A stretch of 64,000 nucleotides of DNA from Spirochaetes bacterium GWF1_51_8 (GTDB lineage Bacteria > Spirochaetota > Brevinematia > Brevinematales > GWF1-51-8), in assembly GCA_001829415.1 (NCBI GenBank), contig MIBE01000010.1, positions 69,926 to 133,925 on the forward strand, in the 5' to 3' direction. Of the stretch, positions 37,485-45,456 are shown in pieces (the first letter of the stretch is position 1; every line of letters begins with the position of its first letter). The notes under the pieces are model-generated. The model was not told the origin of the DNA. It searched no databases and worked only from the letters and a program-made list of their open reading frames with translations. The position numbers were made by a program, and so were the translations under genes.

Positions 37485-37769
37485 TTATTTGGATAGTTCC
37501 CCGAAAAAGTAATGTTTCCTGACGTCCTCGATCACTTCCCAGACGCATTTTAGGCCTTTCGGGAATGTCACGATATCGCCCTTTCCGAATTCGACGCTTT
37601 CACCGCCGGGTTTTGAGGTGACCTTGACTTTACCCTCGAGGAAGTAGCAGATTTCCTGCTCGTCGTATTCCCAGTCGAAAACGCTCTTTTCTTTCTCCCA
37701 GATCGGCCATTTCCGTACGCCGAGTTCCTGGAGTTTCTCGGGGGTGGCTTTCTCGACTTTGGCTACCAT
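37485..37769 (-). CDS. Cupin (DUF861/EutQ-like) small protein
   Basis: 94 aa. WPIWEKE...FDWEYDEQEICYFLEGKVKV...GDIVTFPKGLKCVWEV. Confidence 0.75.
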   Translation of the reverse strand: MVAKVEKATPEKLQELGVRKWPIWEKEKSVFDWEYDEQEICYFLEGKVKVTSKPGGESVEFGKGDIVTFPKGLKCVWEVIEDVRKHYFFGELSK

Positions 37770-37793
37770 TCGCGCCTCCTTCGAATCGGTATT

Positions 37794-37822
37794 ATTGTAA
37801 GAACAACGGCGTTTTTTTTCAA
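37794..37822 (-). promoter_or_regulatory. Sigma-70-type promoter of the cupin-purD operon
   Basis: Minus strand: TTGAAA (37822-37817), 17 nt, TACAAT (37799-37794). GAAGGAGG Shine-Dalgarno precedes ATG 37769. Confidence 0.5.
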
Positions 37823-37872
37823 GCGGAGGGAAGGAGTATTTTAGGCATAGGACGCAGGCGGAGGGTTTTGTA

Positions 37873-38040
37873 TTATTCGCCCGGCGCGTACTTTATCAGC
37901 TCCTCGATGACCGCGAGGGGTTCGGCTGCCTCGAACGAAAAGACCGGGTTGGGCAATGCGGACAGGGCGGCGGTTAGGCCTTCCGGGGTAAGCCGGATAC
38001 TTCGCCCGGGATCGCCGGGATTGAACATGAAACGTTCGAG
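37873..38040 (-). pseudogene. Detached 3'-terminal fragment of a ybaK-like gene (duplicate of 39052-39161 plus an alternative C-terminus)
   Basis: The minus-strand frame reads ...LERFMFNPGDPGRSIRLTPEGLTAALSALPNPVFSFEAAEPLAVIEELIKYAPGE*, with the stop at 37873-37875. 37931-38040 matches 39052-39161 with 4 mismatches in 110 nt. Confidence 0.8.
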
Positions 38041-38994
38041 CTATTTCTGTATGATATCCACCGTTTTTGCATATTGGTTACAGTATTCGCCACGGTCGGG
38101 ATCGAAGTATTTATGCTTGATGTTTTTCCCGTCGGGATAATCGTTATGCCCGCTTTTGGATAACACCGGGTCGTCCTTGGTCACATCAACGATATGCCAT
38201 GCTCCGTCGTAGTAAACTTCGTTCCACCCGTGAATACTCTTAGTTACACCGTTCTCTTTTTTCACACCCAGTATGCATTTAGCGGGGATCCCTATCGCAC
38301 GGCATAATGCGGCGGTTAGCGAACTGTATCCCCGGCAGACAGCCTTTCCAGTCTGCAGCACCTGCAACGCCGTATCCTCACTGTCCGGATCGGAATGGTA
38401 ACTGCAATGCTTCGCGACCCAGTCGTGGATGGCAAGGACTTTTTCCTTTTCCATCGAGAGCCCCATGGTTATTTCCTGCACCTGCTTAATTATTGCAGGA
38501 TCGAGCGATTGTACCCAATAGGAGGGTACCAGGTACGACAAGTTGTTGGTATTGATATTAATAATATAAAATTTCGCCATCCTTATCCAGACACCTTTAT
38601 CGTCCGGCCCAGCCAAAAGGGTTATCCGATAGCTTCCCTGATTGAGCTTGAAAAATATTGTATATTCGAAAAATCCCGGACCCTCCTGGAAATATTTAAT
38701 TCCTACGCCGGATGTTTCATGAAATACGGAGACCGCCATCTTTGGATAGGGATTAGCTAATAGATTGGTGCCGGAAATCGTGAAATAACCGTCCGCGCGG
38801 TTGGTCATCCCCCAGTCTCCGTTAATAGTGCCCCATTCACCATACTTTGTCTGGTGGTACATTTTTCCCGTGCCCACCGTGCCGAGATACCCGTTCAAAT
38901 GATACCCGCCAGGAAGTGTAATTCCGAAGTTTTGTTCCGCGCCAAGAGGTAAAGTCATAATGCATAATAAGAAAACAAGGATAGATAGTTGCAT
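38041..38994 (-). CDS. Secreted transglutaminase-like cysteine protease-fold protein (cassette gene)
   Basis: 317 aa with a signal peptide. Cys-His-Asp triad context CRGYSSL ... HGWNEVYYDGAWHIVDVTKDD. The stop codon abuts the 110-bp repeat. Confidence 0.8.
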   Translation of the reverse strand: MQLSILVFLLCIMTLPLGAEQNFGITLPGGYHLNGYLGTVGTGKMYHQTKYGEWGTINGDWGMTNRADGYFTISGTNLLANPYPKMAVSVFHETSGVGIKYFQEGPGFFEYTIFFKLNQGSYRITLLAGPDDKGVWIRMAKFYIININTNNLSYLVPSYWVQSLDPAIIKQVQEITMGLSMEKEKVLAIHDWVAKHCSYHSDPDSEDTALQVLQTGKAVCRGYSSLTAALCRAIGIPAKCILGVKKENGVTKSIHGWNEVYYDGAWHIVDVTKDDPVLSKSGHNDYPDGKNIKHKYFDPDRGEYCNQYAKTVDIIQK

Positions 38995-39008
38995 GTCGGA
39001 ATCCCTCG

Positions 39009-39527
39009 TCAGTTCGATATTTTTTTAATAATTATACCGGATTCTCCGGATTCGAACGTAAAGACCGGGTTGGGCAAAACGGACAGGGCGGCGGTCAGGC
39101 CTTCCGGGGTAAGCCGGATACTTCGCCCGGGATCGCCGGGATTGAACATGAAACGTTCGAGGGTGAAAATTTCGCGGTCGATATAGATCGGAATGGTGCC
39201 GGATGTGTGGCCGAACGGCGGAACGGAACCCGGGCGGCATCCAGTGTTCGCGGAAACTTCTTCGTCGGTCGCGAAACGGATATCCTTTGTGCCGAACTCC
39301 TTTTTGAACATCCGGGCCTTGATCTGCTTTCCGGCGGTCGTCACCACGAGGTAAAACTTACCCTTCGCGTGAAAAAGGATGTTCTTGCTTCCGGCGCCTA
39401 TGGTCCAGCTTTGGAGGGCCCGTTCGCGCGCGGAGTCGTCGGTAGTGACGACCGCGGCGTGCTCTATCTCGTCATAGGGGATATCCGACTTCTTCAGGAT
39501 AGAAACGATTTTGTCATAGACCGTCAT
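39009..39527 (-). CDS. YbaK/ProX-type aminoacyl-tRNA editing domain protein
   Basis: 172 aa. KNILFHAKGKFYLVV and GCRPGSVPPFG motifs. The last 14 aa are encoded by the unique sequence between the repeat and the cassette gene. Confidence 0.8.
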   Translation of the reverse strand: MTVYDKIVSILKKSDIPYDEIEHAAVVTTDDSARERALQSWTIGAGSKNILFHAKGKFYLVVTTAGKQIKARMFKKEFGTKDIRFATDEEVSANTGCRPGSVPPFGHTSGTIPIYIDREIFTLERFMFNPGDPGRSIRLTPEGLTAALSVLPNPVFTFESGESGIIIKKISN

Positions 39528-40174
39528 CAGGGTTTTACCTTGAGTATATAGTCGCGCGAGAAATTATTGCCCCAGTAAGTTTCGGAGCCGATCATGCAGG
39601 AAAGGTAGAAGTGGATGAAGTCGGCGTTTTTCAGGTCCTTGATCCGCACCGTGAAGGTATAGATCGATGCGCCGAATTGCGCCGGGAGGTCGTGGGAGAA
39701 TACCGCCGCGGTCTCCTGCACGCTCTGCCATTTGTCAGTCGTGAAGAACACCTTGACCTCGGAGATCTCGCCGGACTTGCGGATACCGATCCTGCCCGAA
39801 AAAACCGCGCCGTTGATGGAAGCGTCGATCAGGTAGATCGCACCGGATTGAATCATGATCTCCGGCATATCGTTCGAGATGAGATAATAACTGCCGTTGT
39901 TGTCGTCGATAAATACGTCGCTGCCGTTACGGTACTCGATTACGAACGGGAGCCCGTTGGGGGGAACGTCGCCGATCTCGAAAACGGCATGCCAGCATTC
40001 CTGGTTGTCGCCGGTGAACCCCGCGTAACCCGCGAGGCAATACTCCGCGCCGGTGACCGGATTTTTGATACAAACCCGTTTTTCGAACCCGAGATTTTCT
40101 ACTTCGGCGTAGATTTCGATTTTTAATTTGCCGCTTACTTTTTTAAATAAAGCATACGCGAGTTGAATACTCAT
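39527..40174 (-). CDS. Tandem CBM21-like (glycogen/starch-binding type) domain protein
   Basis: ORF trimmed to MSIQLAYALF (ATG 40174). Two repeats resemble the CBM21 consensus: VENLGFEKRV...FVIEYRNGSDVFIDDNNGSYYLI and VKVFFTTDKWQS...YLSCMIGSETYWGNNFSRDYIL. Confidence 0.5.
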   Translation of the reverse strand: MSIQLAYALFKKVSGKLKIEIYAEVENLGFEKRVCIKNPVTGAEYCLAGYAGFTGDNQECWHAVFEIGDVPPNGLPFVIEYRNGSDVFIDDNNGSYYLISNDMPEIMIQSGAIYLIDASINGAVFSGRIGIRKSGEISEVKVFFTTDKWQSVQETAAVFSHDLPAQFGASIYTFTVRIKDLKNADFIHFYLSCMIGSETYWGNNFSRDYILKVKP

Positions 40175-40247
40175 GGTACGCTCCGTATATTTTTTACGAG
40201 CTATTATATTTGAGCGGGTGAAAAATATCAAATCCCGGCGTAAGGAA

Positions 40248-40496
40248 TTATTCTTCAATCAGAAAGGAGTTCTTTTCGAGCACATCGACAAGGAAATCGA
40301 GGTCGGCACCGTCGCCGGCCTGAAACGAGATTTTTTTGCCGCGGTAATGGATATCCCTGACCTTCGGGTCGCTCGCGAGGATTCCCTTCACACGCGCAAA
40401 CTTCTCCTCGTCGAGCTCGTCCCGGAACTTGATGATGACCATGCTCGAAGCGTGTCCCTTGATCTCTTTGCGTTCGCGGCGGTATTTACATCCCAT
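40248..40496 (-). CDS. Small hypothetical protein
   Basis: 82 aa. GAGGTG Shine-Dalgarno precedes ATG 40496. No recognisable motif. Confidence 0.4.
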   Translation of the reverse strand: MGCKYRRERKEIKGHASSMVIIKFRDELDEEKFARVKGILASDPKVRDIHYRGKKISFQAGDGADLDFLVDVLEKNSFLIEE

Positions 40497-40587
40497 TTAT
40501 CACCTCTTCCATAGTATCGGACGAACGGGGCGGAATTTGATTTTTTTCGCTTTCTCTCTTATCCTAACATCCGCGCGAGGAGCTGTT

Positions 40588-41892
40588 ATGAAAGCGTCTA
40601 TCCTGACTATCGGCAACGAGTTACTCGACGGCCGGATAGTCGACACCAACTCGACCTATATCGAACGCGAACTGCTCGGCGCCGGAGTGATCACAGCCGC
40701 GAAACTCGCTGTGCGCGACGGTATTCCCGAAATCAAAGAGGCGCTCGCTTTTCTCGCGGAGCGTTCGGAAGTACTAGTCATCACGGGGGGACTCGGGCCT
40801 ACAGTCGACGACTTGACCCGTGAGGCGGTAGCGGAATTCCTCGGCCGGAAGATCGGGTTTGACGAGCAGGTCTACGAGCAGGTCAAGGTGTTTTTCACAC
40901 GGATCGGCCGCACGCCGCCGGAAGGAAACCGCCGTCAGGCATTCGTAATAGAAGGCTCGGAAGTGCTGAAGAATCCCAAGGGCACCGCGCCCGGATTTTA
41001 TATAGACACGACATGGAACGGCAGGCCGCTCAGGATCGCGTCGTTCCCCGGAGTACCATCAGAGCTCAAGGGAATGCTCGGGTTTCTCACCGGGAAGCTC
41101 CGCGCGGAACAGTCCGTTCCCGAATGGGGGCCGACGGTGTATGCCAGAACGATGGGATTGCCCGAGGGGCTTCTCAACGACAAGGTGAAGGAGATTTTAC
41201 CCCCAGGCGTCGGGTTCGGGACGATCGCGATGATGGGGTTAGTCGATCTGAGGTTCGATTTCGCCGATCTGTCGGTGGCTCCCGAAACCGCGCACGCGGC
41301 TATCCGCGAACTAATGGAAGCGTCGCCTTTTATCCGGCGGAAGGTTTACTCCTACGATCCCGATATTACACTCGCGCGGGCGGTGGTGGACGGAATGCGC
41401 GCACAGGGAAAGACCCTTGTCACGGCGGAGTCGTGCACCGGCGGGATGATCGCGGCGGCGGTTACGGATATCGCGGGGAGCTCGGAAGTCTATTACGGCG
41501 GAGTCAATGTCTATTCCGATATGCTGAAGGAAAAATTGCTCGGCGTACCGGGCGAAACGATAAAAGAATACGGCGCGGTCAGTTTCGAGACTGCGTTCGC
41601 GATGCTCGAAGGTTTGAAAAAGATTTCCGATTCCGATTACCGGATCGCGGTCACCGGAATCGCGGGGCCGTCGGGCGGAAGCGAGGCGAAACCTGTCGGG
41701 ACGGTGTATATCGGGTTCGGCGACAGAAACGGCGGGTTTGTGATGCGTTTTCTCTTCCCGGGCGACAGGCCGTGGATACGGACGAACTCGGTATCGAAAT
41801 CGTTGGAAATAGTCTACGACGCCCTGACATACGGACGGGCGGATATAGAGAGATTCGGCGCGAAAGAAGTCCGCGCCTCAAACGGAGGATAA
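40588..41892 (+). CDS. cinA: CinA-family protein (MoCF-binding domain plus PncC nicotinamide-nucleotide amidohydrolase domain)
   Basis: ORF trimmed to MKASILTIGNELLDGRIVDTNS (ATG 40588). C-terminal TAESCTGGMIA and GGVNVYS motifs. Confidence 0.88.
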   Translation: MKASILTIGNELLDGRIVDTNSTYIERELLGAGVITAAKLAVRDGIPEIKEALAFLAERSEVLVITGGLGPTVDDLTREAVAEFLGRKIGFDEQVYEQVKVFFTRIGRTPPEGNRRQAFVIEGSEVLKNPKGTAPGFYIDTTWNGRPLRIASFPGVPSELKGMLGFLTGKLRAEQSVPEWGPTVYARTMGLPEGLLNDKVKEILPPGVGFGTIAMMGLVDLRFDFADLSVAPETAHAAIRELMEASPFIRRKVYSYDPDITLARAVVDGMRAQGKTLVTAESCTGGMIAAAVTDIAGSSEVYYGGVNVYSDMLKEKLLGVPGETIKEYGAVSFETAFAMLEGLKKISDSDYRIAVTGIAGPSGGSEAKPVGTVYIGFGDRNGGFVMRFLFPGDRPWIRTNSVSKSLEIVYDALTYGRADIERFGAKEVRASNGG

Positions 41893-41893
41893 T

Positions 41894-42433
41894 ATGGAAC
41901 AGACTCAAAATAAAGAAAGCAACACGAAGATGATCGTCGCTCTCACTGCGGGGATTGTTCTCTTTCTCGGCGGAGCGGCGGCGTTGGTTGCGTGGCGTAA
42001 CGGTATCTTCCTGATCCCCGTAGCCCTCGGGATAGCGTCGGTACTGTACAGCGCGCTGTCGGGCAGGGCGGAACGGAAAGCGAACACCGTCTCCGAGGAA
42101 AACGCCCCACGTGCCAAGACAGACTGGACTCTCCTTAAGTACTACCTGATCATGGCGGGGATACTGGTGGCCGAGATCGGACTGCTGTACCTTGTGTTTA
42201 TGATACAGGCCGCCGGAAAATTAATCTATGTCCTGTCCGCGCTCGCCGTGTTTATCGGTATCGCGGTATTCCTGATCGTCGTCCGTATCCGTGAACGCGC
42301 CAAGGTCAAGCCGGTATCGGAAGTCCTCGGCGGATACCTCCGTGTGACAGCATGGGTGACCGTCGCGCTCTTCGGGCTGTTCGTGGTGCTCATCCTCGTG
42401 AAATCCGCGTCCCTCTTCGCGATTTTCCATTAG
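41894..42433 (+). CDS. Hypothetical membrane protein (4 TM)
   Basis: 179 aa. Hydrophobic segments; the start is 2 nt after the cinA stop. Confidence 0.55.
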   Translation: MEQTQNKESNTKMIVALTAGIVLFLGGAAALVAWRNGIFLIPVALGIASVLYSALSGRAERKANTVSEENAPRAKTDWTLLKYYLIMAGILVAEIGLLYLVFMIQAAGKLIYVLSALAVFIGIAVFLIVVRIRERAKVKPVSEVLGGYLRVTAWVTVALFGLFVVLILVKSASLFAIFH

Positions 42434-42491
42434 CGTTTTATTTCCCGCGCTTCTCTTCCGATAATACTAACGTAGTACTGCTGGAGGAGCA

Positions 42492-42977
42492 ATGAATCCA
42501 ATCGATATCGCCGTATTCGTCATCCTGATAGCCGGGTTTATCTGGGGCTTTTCTAAGGGATTTATCTATATGATCTTCAGCCTGCTCGCGATCATCGCGG
42601 GGGTCTTTGCGTCGGGAAAACTCGCCCCGCTTATCATGCCGTACATTTTCGGCGATCAGCCCTCGCAGGTCGGGTATATCGTGATCTTCATCGTCGTTTT
42701 CATCGTCATCTATTTTATCGTGAAGAAGCTGACCTATCTCATCCTTGACGTGGTGGAGTTCCTCGAGCTCGAATGGCTCGATTCGCTATTGGGCGGGGTG
42801 ATCGGCCTCGCGCAGTTCCTGATCATCGCGGGGGTGTTGGTCAACCTCGCGCAGGGAACCGGGCTTCTTCAACTAATCCCGCAGGATAACGAGATCAAGT
42901 TCGCGTACGTGGTCTCCGCCACCTCGCGCAACGTCATCGACTTCATCGCCGGGAATATCGGCCAGGTAAAAATCTAA
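42492..42977 (+). CDS. cvpA: CvpA-family membrane protein
   Basis: 161 aa. N-terminal MNPIDIAVFVILIAGFIWGFSKGF is typical of CvpA. Four TM segments. Confidence 0.75.
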   Translation: MNPIDIAVFVILIAGFIWGFSKGFIYMIFSLLAIIAGVFASGKLAPLIMPYIFGDQPSQVGYIVIFIVVFIVIYFIVKKLTYLILDVVEFLELEWLDSLLGGVIGLAQFLIIAGVLVNLAQGTGLLQLIPQDNEIKFAYVVSATSRNVIDFIAGNIGQVKI

Positions 42978-43031
42978 ACAATTTCTCGCCCGAAGTTTGC
43001 CCATTTCAGAATCCTTGCTTATCCTATTGCG

Positions 43032-43511
43032 ATGGAGGATTCGATGAGAAATCTGCTGTCCAAGTTCAGCCTGAAAACGCAGACTCCCGTGCTGATCGTG
43101 AACCCGCCCGCGGAGTTCGCCGAGGGCCTCGCCGAATTCGAGGCGGCGACCGAGGTACACGGCGTTCCCGACGCCGGGACGAAATACGGCTTCGCGCTCC
43201 TTTTCGCGAAGGACGCCGCCGAACTGGAAAAGTACGCACCCGCCGTTCTGAATTCCTACGAGGGCGACGCGGTACTCTGGTTTGCTTATCCGAAAAAGAC
43301 GTCGAAGAAGTACAATTCCGACCTTTCACGCGACGAGGGCTGGAGGGTGCTCGGCAACGCCGGACTCGAGCCGGTCAGCCAGATCGCGGTCGACGACGAC
43401 TGGTCGGCGGTCCGTTTCCGCGCGGTGGGGTATATTAAGAAAATGATCCGGCCGGAGGGCGGGATGCTGAGCGAAGCCGGACGCGCCCGTGCGAAGAAAG
43501 ATAAAAAGTGA
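43032..43511 (+). CDS. Conserved hypothetical cytoplasmic protein
   Basis: 159 aa. Codon usage matches neighbouring genes. No motif that I can name. Confidence 0.5.
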   Translation: MEDSMRNLLSKFSLKTQTPVLIVNPPAEFAEGLAEFEAATEVHGVPDAGTKYGFALLFAKDAAELEKYAPAVLNSYEGDAVLWFAYPKKTSKKYNSDLSRDEGWRVLGNAGLEPVSQIAVDDDWSAVRFRAVGYIKKMIRPEGGMLSEAGRARAKKDKK

Positions 43512-43984
43512 CCAATCCCATACTCGGGTTTTTCCGAACTATCGGCCTATTCGTCGCCGGACGGGTAAAGTATCATACCGGAAGTAAGGGGCAAGTCCTC
43601 ACCATGGACGACGGTAAGAAGTTCACCGTATTCCGCCATGTCGTGATCCGTCCGGGGAAAAACGCGCCCGAGCCGCAGGCTGTGTTCGTTGTCCGTTTCC
43701 GCCCGAAGAAAATGTCCGTCCGCGCGAATATCCGTTTCTCCCTCCTCCCGATGATGATCTTTATGGGGTTTTCCGGCTTCCGTTCTAAGTACTGGGCGGT
43801 GGATTACGAGACCGGATTGTGCCAGGGGCTTTACGAATGGCAGACGGCCGCCGATGCGGAGAACTACAGCCGTTCGGTCGCGATGCGGTTCATGGCAAAA
43901 CGTTCCGACCCTGTGTCCGTTGAATGGAGGATAGTGGAAAAAGGAAAAGATAAGAAAAGTTTATTTGAGCTTAAAGACAAATAA
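43508..43984 (+). CDS. Hypothetical protein
   Basis: 158 aa. 4-nt overlap with the upstream gene suggests translational coupling. Confidence 0.5.
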   Translation: MTNPILGFFRTIGLFVAGRVKYHTGSKGQVLTMDDGKKFTVFRHVVIRPGKNAPEPQAVFVVRFRPKKMSVRANIRFSLLPMMIFMGFSGFRSKYWAVDYETGLCQGLYEWQTAADAENYSRSVAMRFMAKRSDPVSVEWRIVEKGKDKKSLFELKDK

Positions 43985-44167
43985 TCTCCAAGTAAGAATG
44001 CGTTTGCGATTCAGGCGGGAATGCGGTTTCCACGCCGGATTTGGGCTGTACTTCAATTCCACCAGGCCGAGGATGACGCCGATCACACAGATGAACGCGG
44101 ATAATCATAAAAAAGGTGAAAGAAACGGATTTACCCGAGATTGAAGAGATTATCAAGGAGAAGAGGA

Positions 44168-44428
44168 ATGATTTCATCGGCGAATGGAATAAGCATTTCG
44201 GAATATGAGGTCACAAATATCGAACGATTAGGATTTTGGCTGTATGTCGACGATACGGAATATTTCGTCAGTTTCGACCGGTTTCCCGCATTTAAAAACG
44301 CGCCCGTGGGGCAAATTCTGAATGTAAAACGCCTCGACCCTTCGCAATTCAACTGGCCCGATCTGGATATCGACGTCGATATCGAATCGTTGAGCGCACC
44401 GGACAAGTATCCGTTGGAATATAAGTAG
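44168..44428 (+). CDS. DUF2442-family small protein
   Basis: ATG 44168 follows AAGGAG. GFWLYVDDTEYFVSFDRFPAFKNAP...NWPDLDIDVDIESL is typical of DUF2442. The sequence just upstream reads like the C-terminal remnant of a DUF4160 partner (..FIGEWNKHFGI*). Confidence 0.65.
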   Translation: MISSANGISISEYEVTNIERLGFWLYVDDTEYFVSFDRFPAFKNAPVGQILNVKRLDPSQFNWPDLDIDVDIESLSAPDKYPLEYK

Positions 44429-44509
44429 AAAAAATCCGCATGAGTATTGTTATCGCATGGAGACTGCGGTAAGGCCGATGCGGCAGGCTTACTGTATTAA
44501 TAAAACTTC

Positions 44510-44588
44510 TTACAAAAACCTTTCGTCGAAAAACCGTTTCGCTTCCTTCACCAGCCTCTCGCGCTTCCCGAACAGCACCTTCGCGGGG
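44510..44588 (-). pseudogene. Detached duplicate of the last 79 nt of the DinG-like helicase gene
   Basis: Matches 45457-45535 with 3 mismatches. The minus frame reads ...AKVLFGKRERLVKEAKRFFDERFL*, against ...FFNERFL* in the intact gene. Confidence 0.85.
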
Positions 44589-44615
44589 CGTTTTTTTATT
44601 TCGGCAGGCGGGGTA

Positions 44616-44653
44616 TAAGAAAAACGGGAAAAGTAATTATCATACTTTTCCCG
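44616..44653 (-). terminator. Rho-independent terminator of the cassette gene
   Basis: Stem CGGGAAAAGTA/TACTTTTCCCG (44625-44635/44643-44653), followed on the minus strand by TTTTTCTT. Confidence 0.7.
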
Positions 44654-44676
44654 TAAGGTTTGTTAATACGATCGGG

Positions 44677-45273
44677 TTACCATGTGATGATATAGGTACA
44701 ACTGTTAGTCCCGTTCTTTCGACAAGGCGCCGAATCAAGATGGGTGACTGAAGCTTTCAGTTCGAATTTTTTTGCCATTGCGGTGATGATTCCTTTATCA
44801 AAATCGCAGGGATAGGGATTGTTGCATTCGCTGATTATCATATTTTTACTGCTCAATCTCTCGAAGCCGTAATGCCCGATACCTTCCTTCATGTTTCCGG
44901 TGCTCGGATCGAAGAGCGGAATATTGTTTTTCCGGTGATTCATATGATACGCGACGTCGATAGATTTTATAGCGGTATCGATATCCTTGACCCACGGGGG
45001 AAAGATCGCGTTTTCAGGTATTTTTAATCCTATTTGGAAGAGAGTCCCGCTTCCTACTTCCTTTCCGATATTTTCGAATGCTTTCAGCCATTTTTCCTGA
45101 GAATACCATGCATCTTTGTTAATCACCGCTACGCCATCGGAACCTTTTTCTCCGATTCCCTGTTCAAGCAGATACTTTGATGCCATAATTTTAAAATTCC
45201 TGAACCCGTCAACAATAGAAAATACCGTCGTACCGTTTACCTCGATTCCGTTTTCAAATACCCTGTACTGCAT
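44677..45273 (-). CDS. Hypothetical protein (cassette gene controlled by the GTTTCTAT operator)
   Basis: 198 aa; MQYRVFENGIEVNGTTVF...CTYIITW. No motif that I recognise. GGAGGAAGG Shine-Dalgarno precedes the ATG. Confidence 0.6.
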   Translation of the reverse strand: MQYRVFENGIEVNGTTVFSIVDGFRNFKIMASKYLLEQGIGEKGSDGVAVINKDAWYSQEKWLKAFENIGKEVGSGTLFQIGLKIPENAIFPPWVKDIDTAIKSIDVAYHMNHRKNNIPLFDPSTGNMKEGIGHYGFERLSSKNMIISECNNPYPCDFDKGIITAMAKKFELKASVTHLDSAPCRKNGTNSCTYIITW

Positions 45274-45310
45274 ACCTTCCTCCGGATATAGAATTCAATT
45301 GAAAACACTG

Positions 45311-45377
45311 ATAGAAAAACATAGTAACATGTTTCTATACATAGAAACATGTTACTATGCATAGAAACATTTGTCAA
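45311..45377 (-). promoter_or_regulatory. Promoter plus tandem palindromic operators of the cassette gene
   Basis: Minus strand: TTGACA (45377-45372), 17 nt, TAACAT (45354-45349). Palindromes GTTTCTATACATAGAAAC (45331-45348) and GTTACTATGCATAGAAAC (45351-45368), plus a degenerate unit at 45311-45328. Confidence 0.65.
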
Positions 45378-45456
45378 GGAAATTTGTGATTTGTATCGAT
45401 TGATAAAGAAAAACAGAGGCATATTACAGAGAAATGTTAATACAAGCGGAGCGGGA

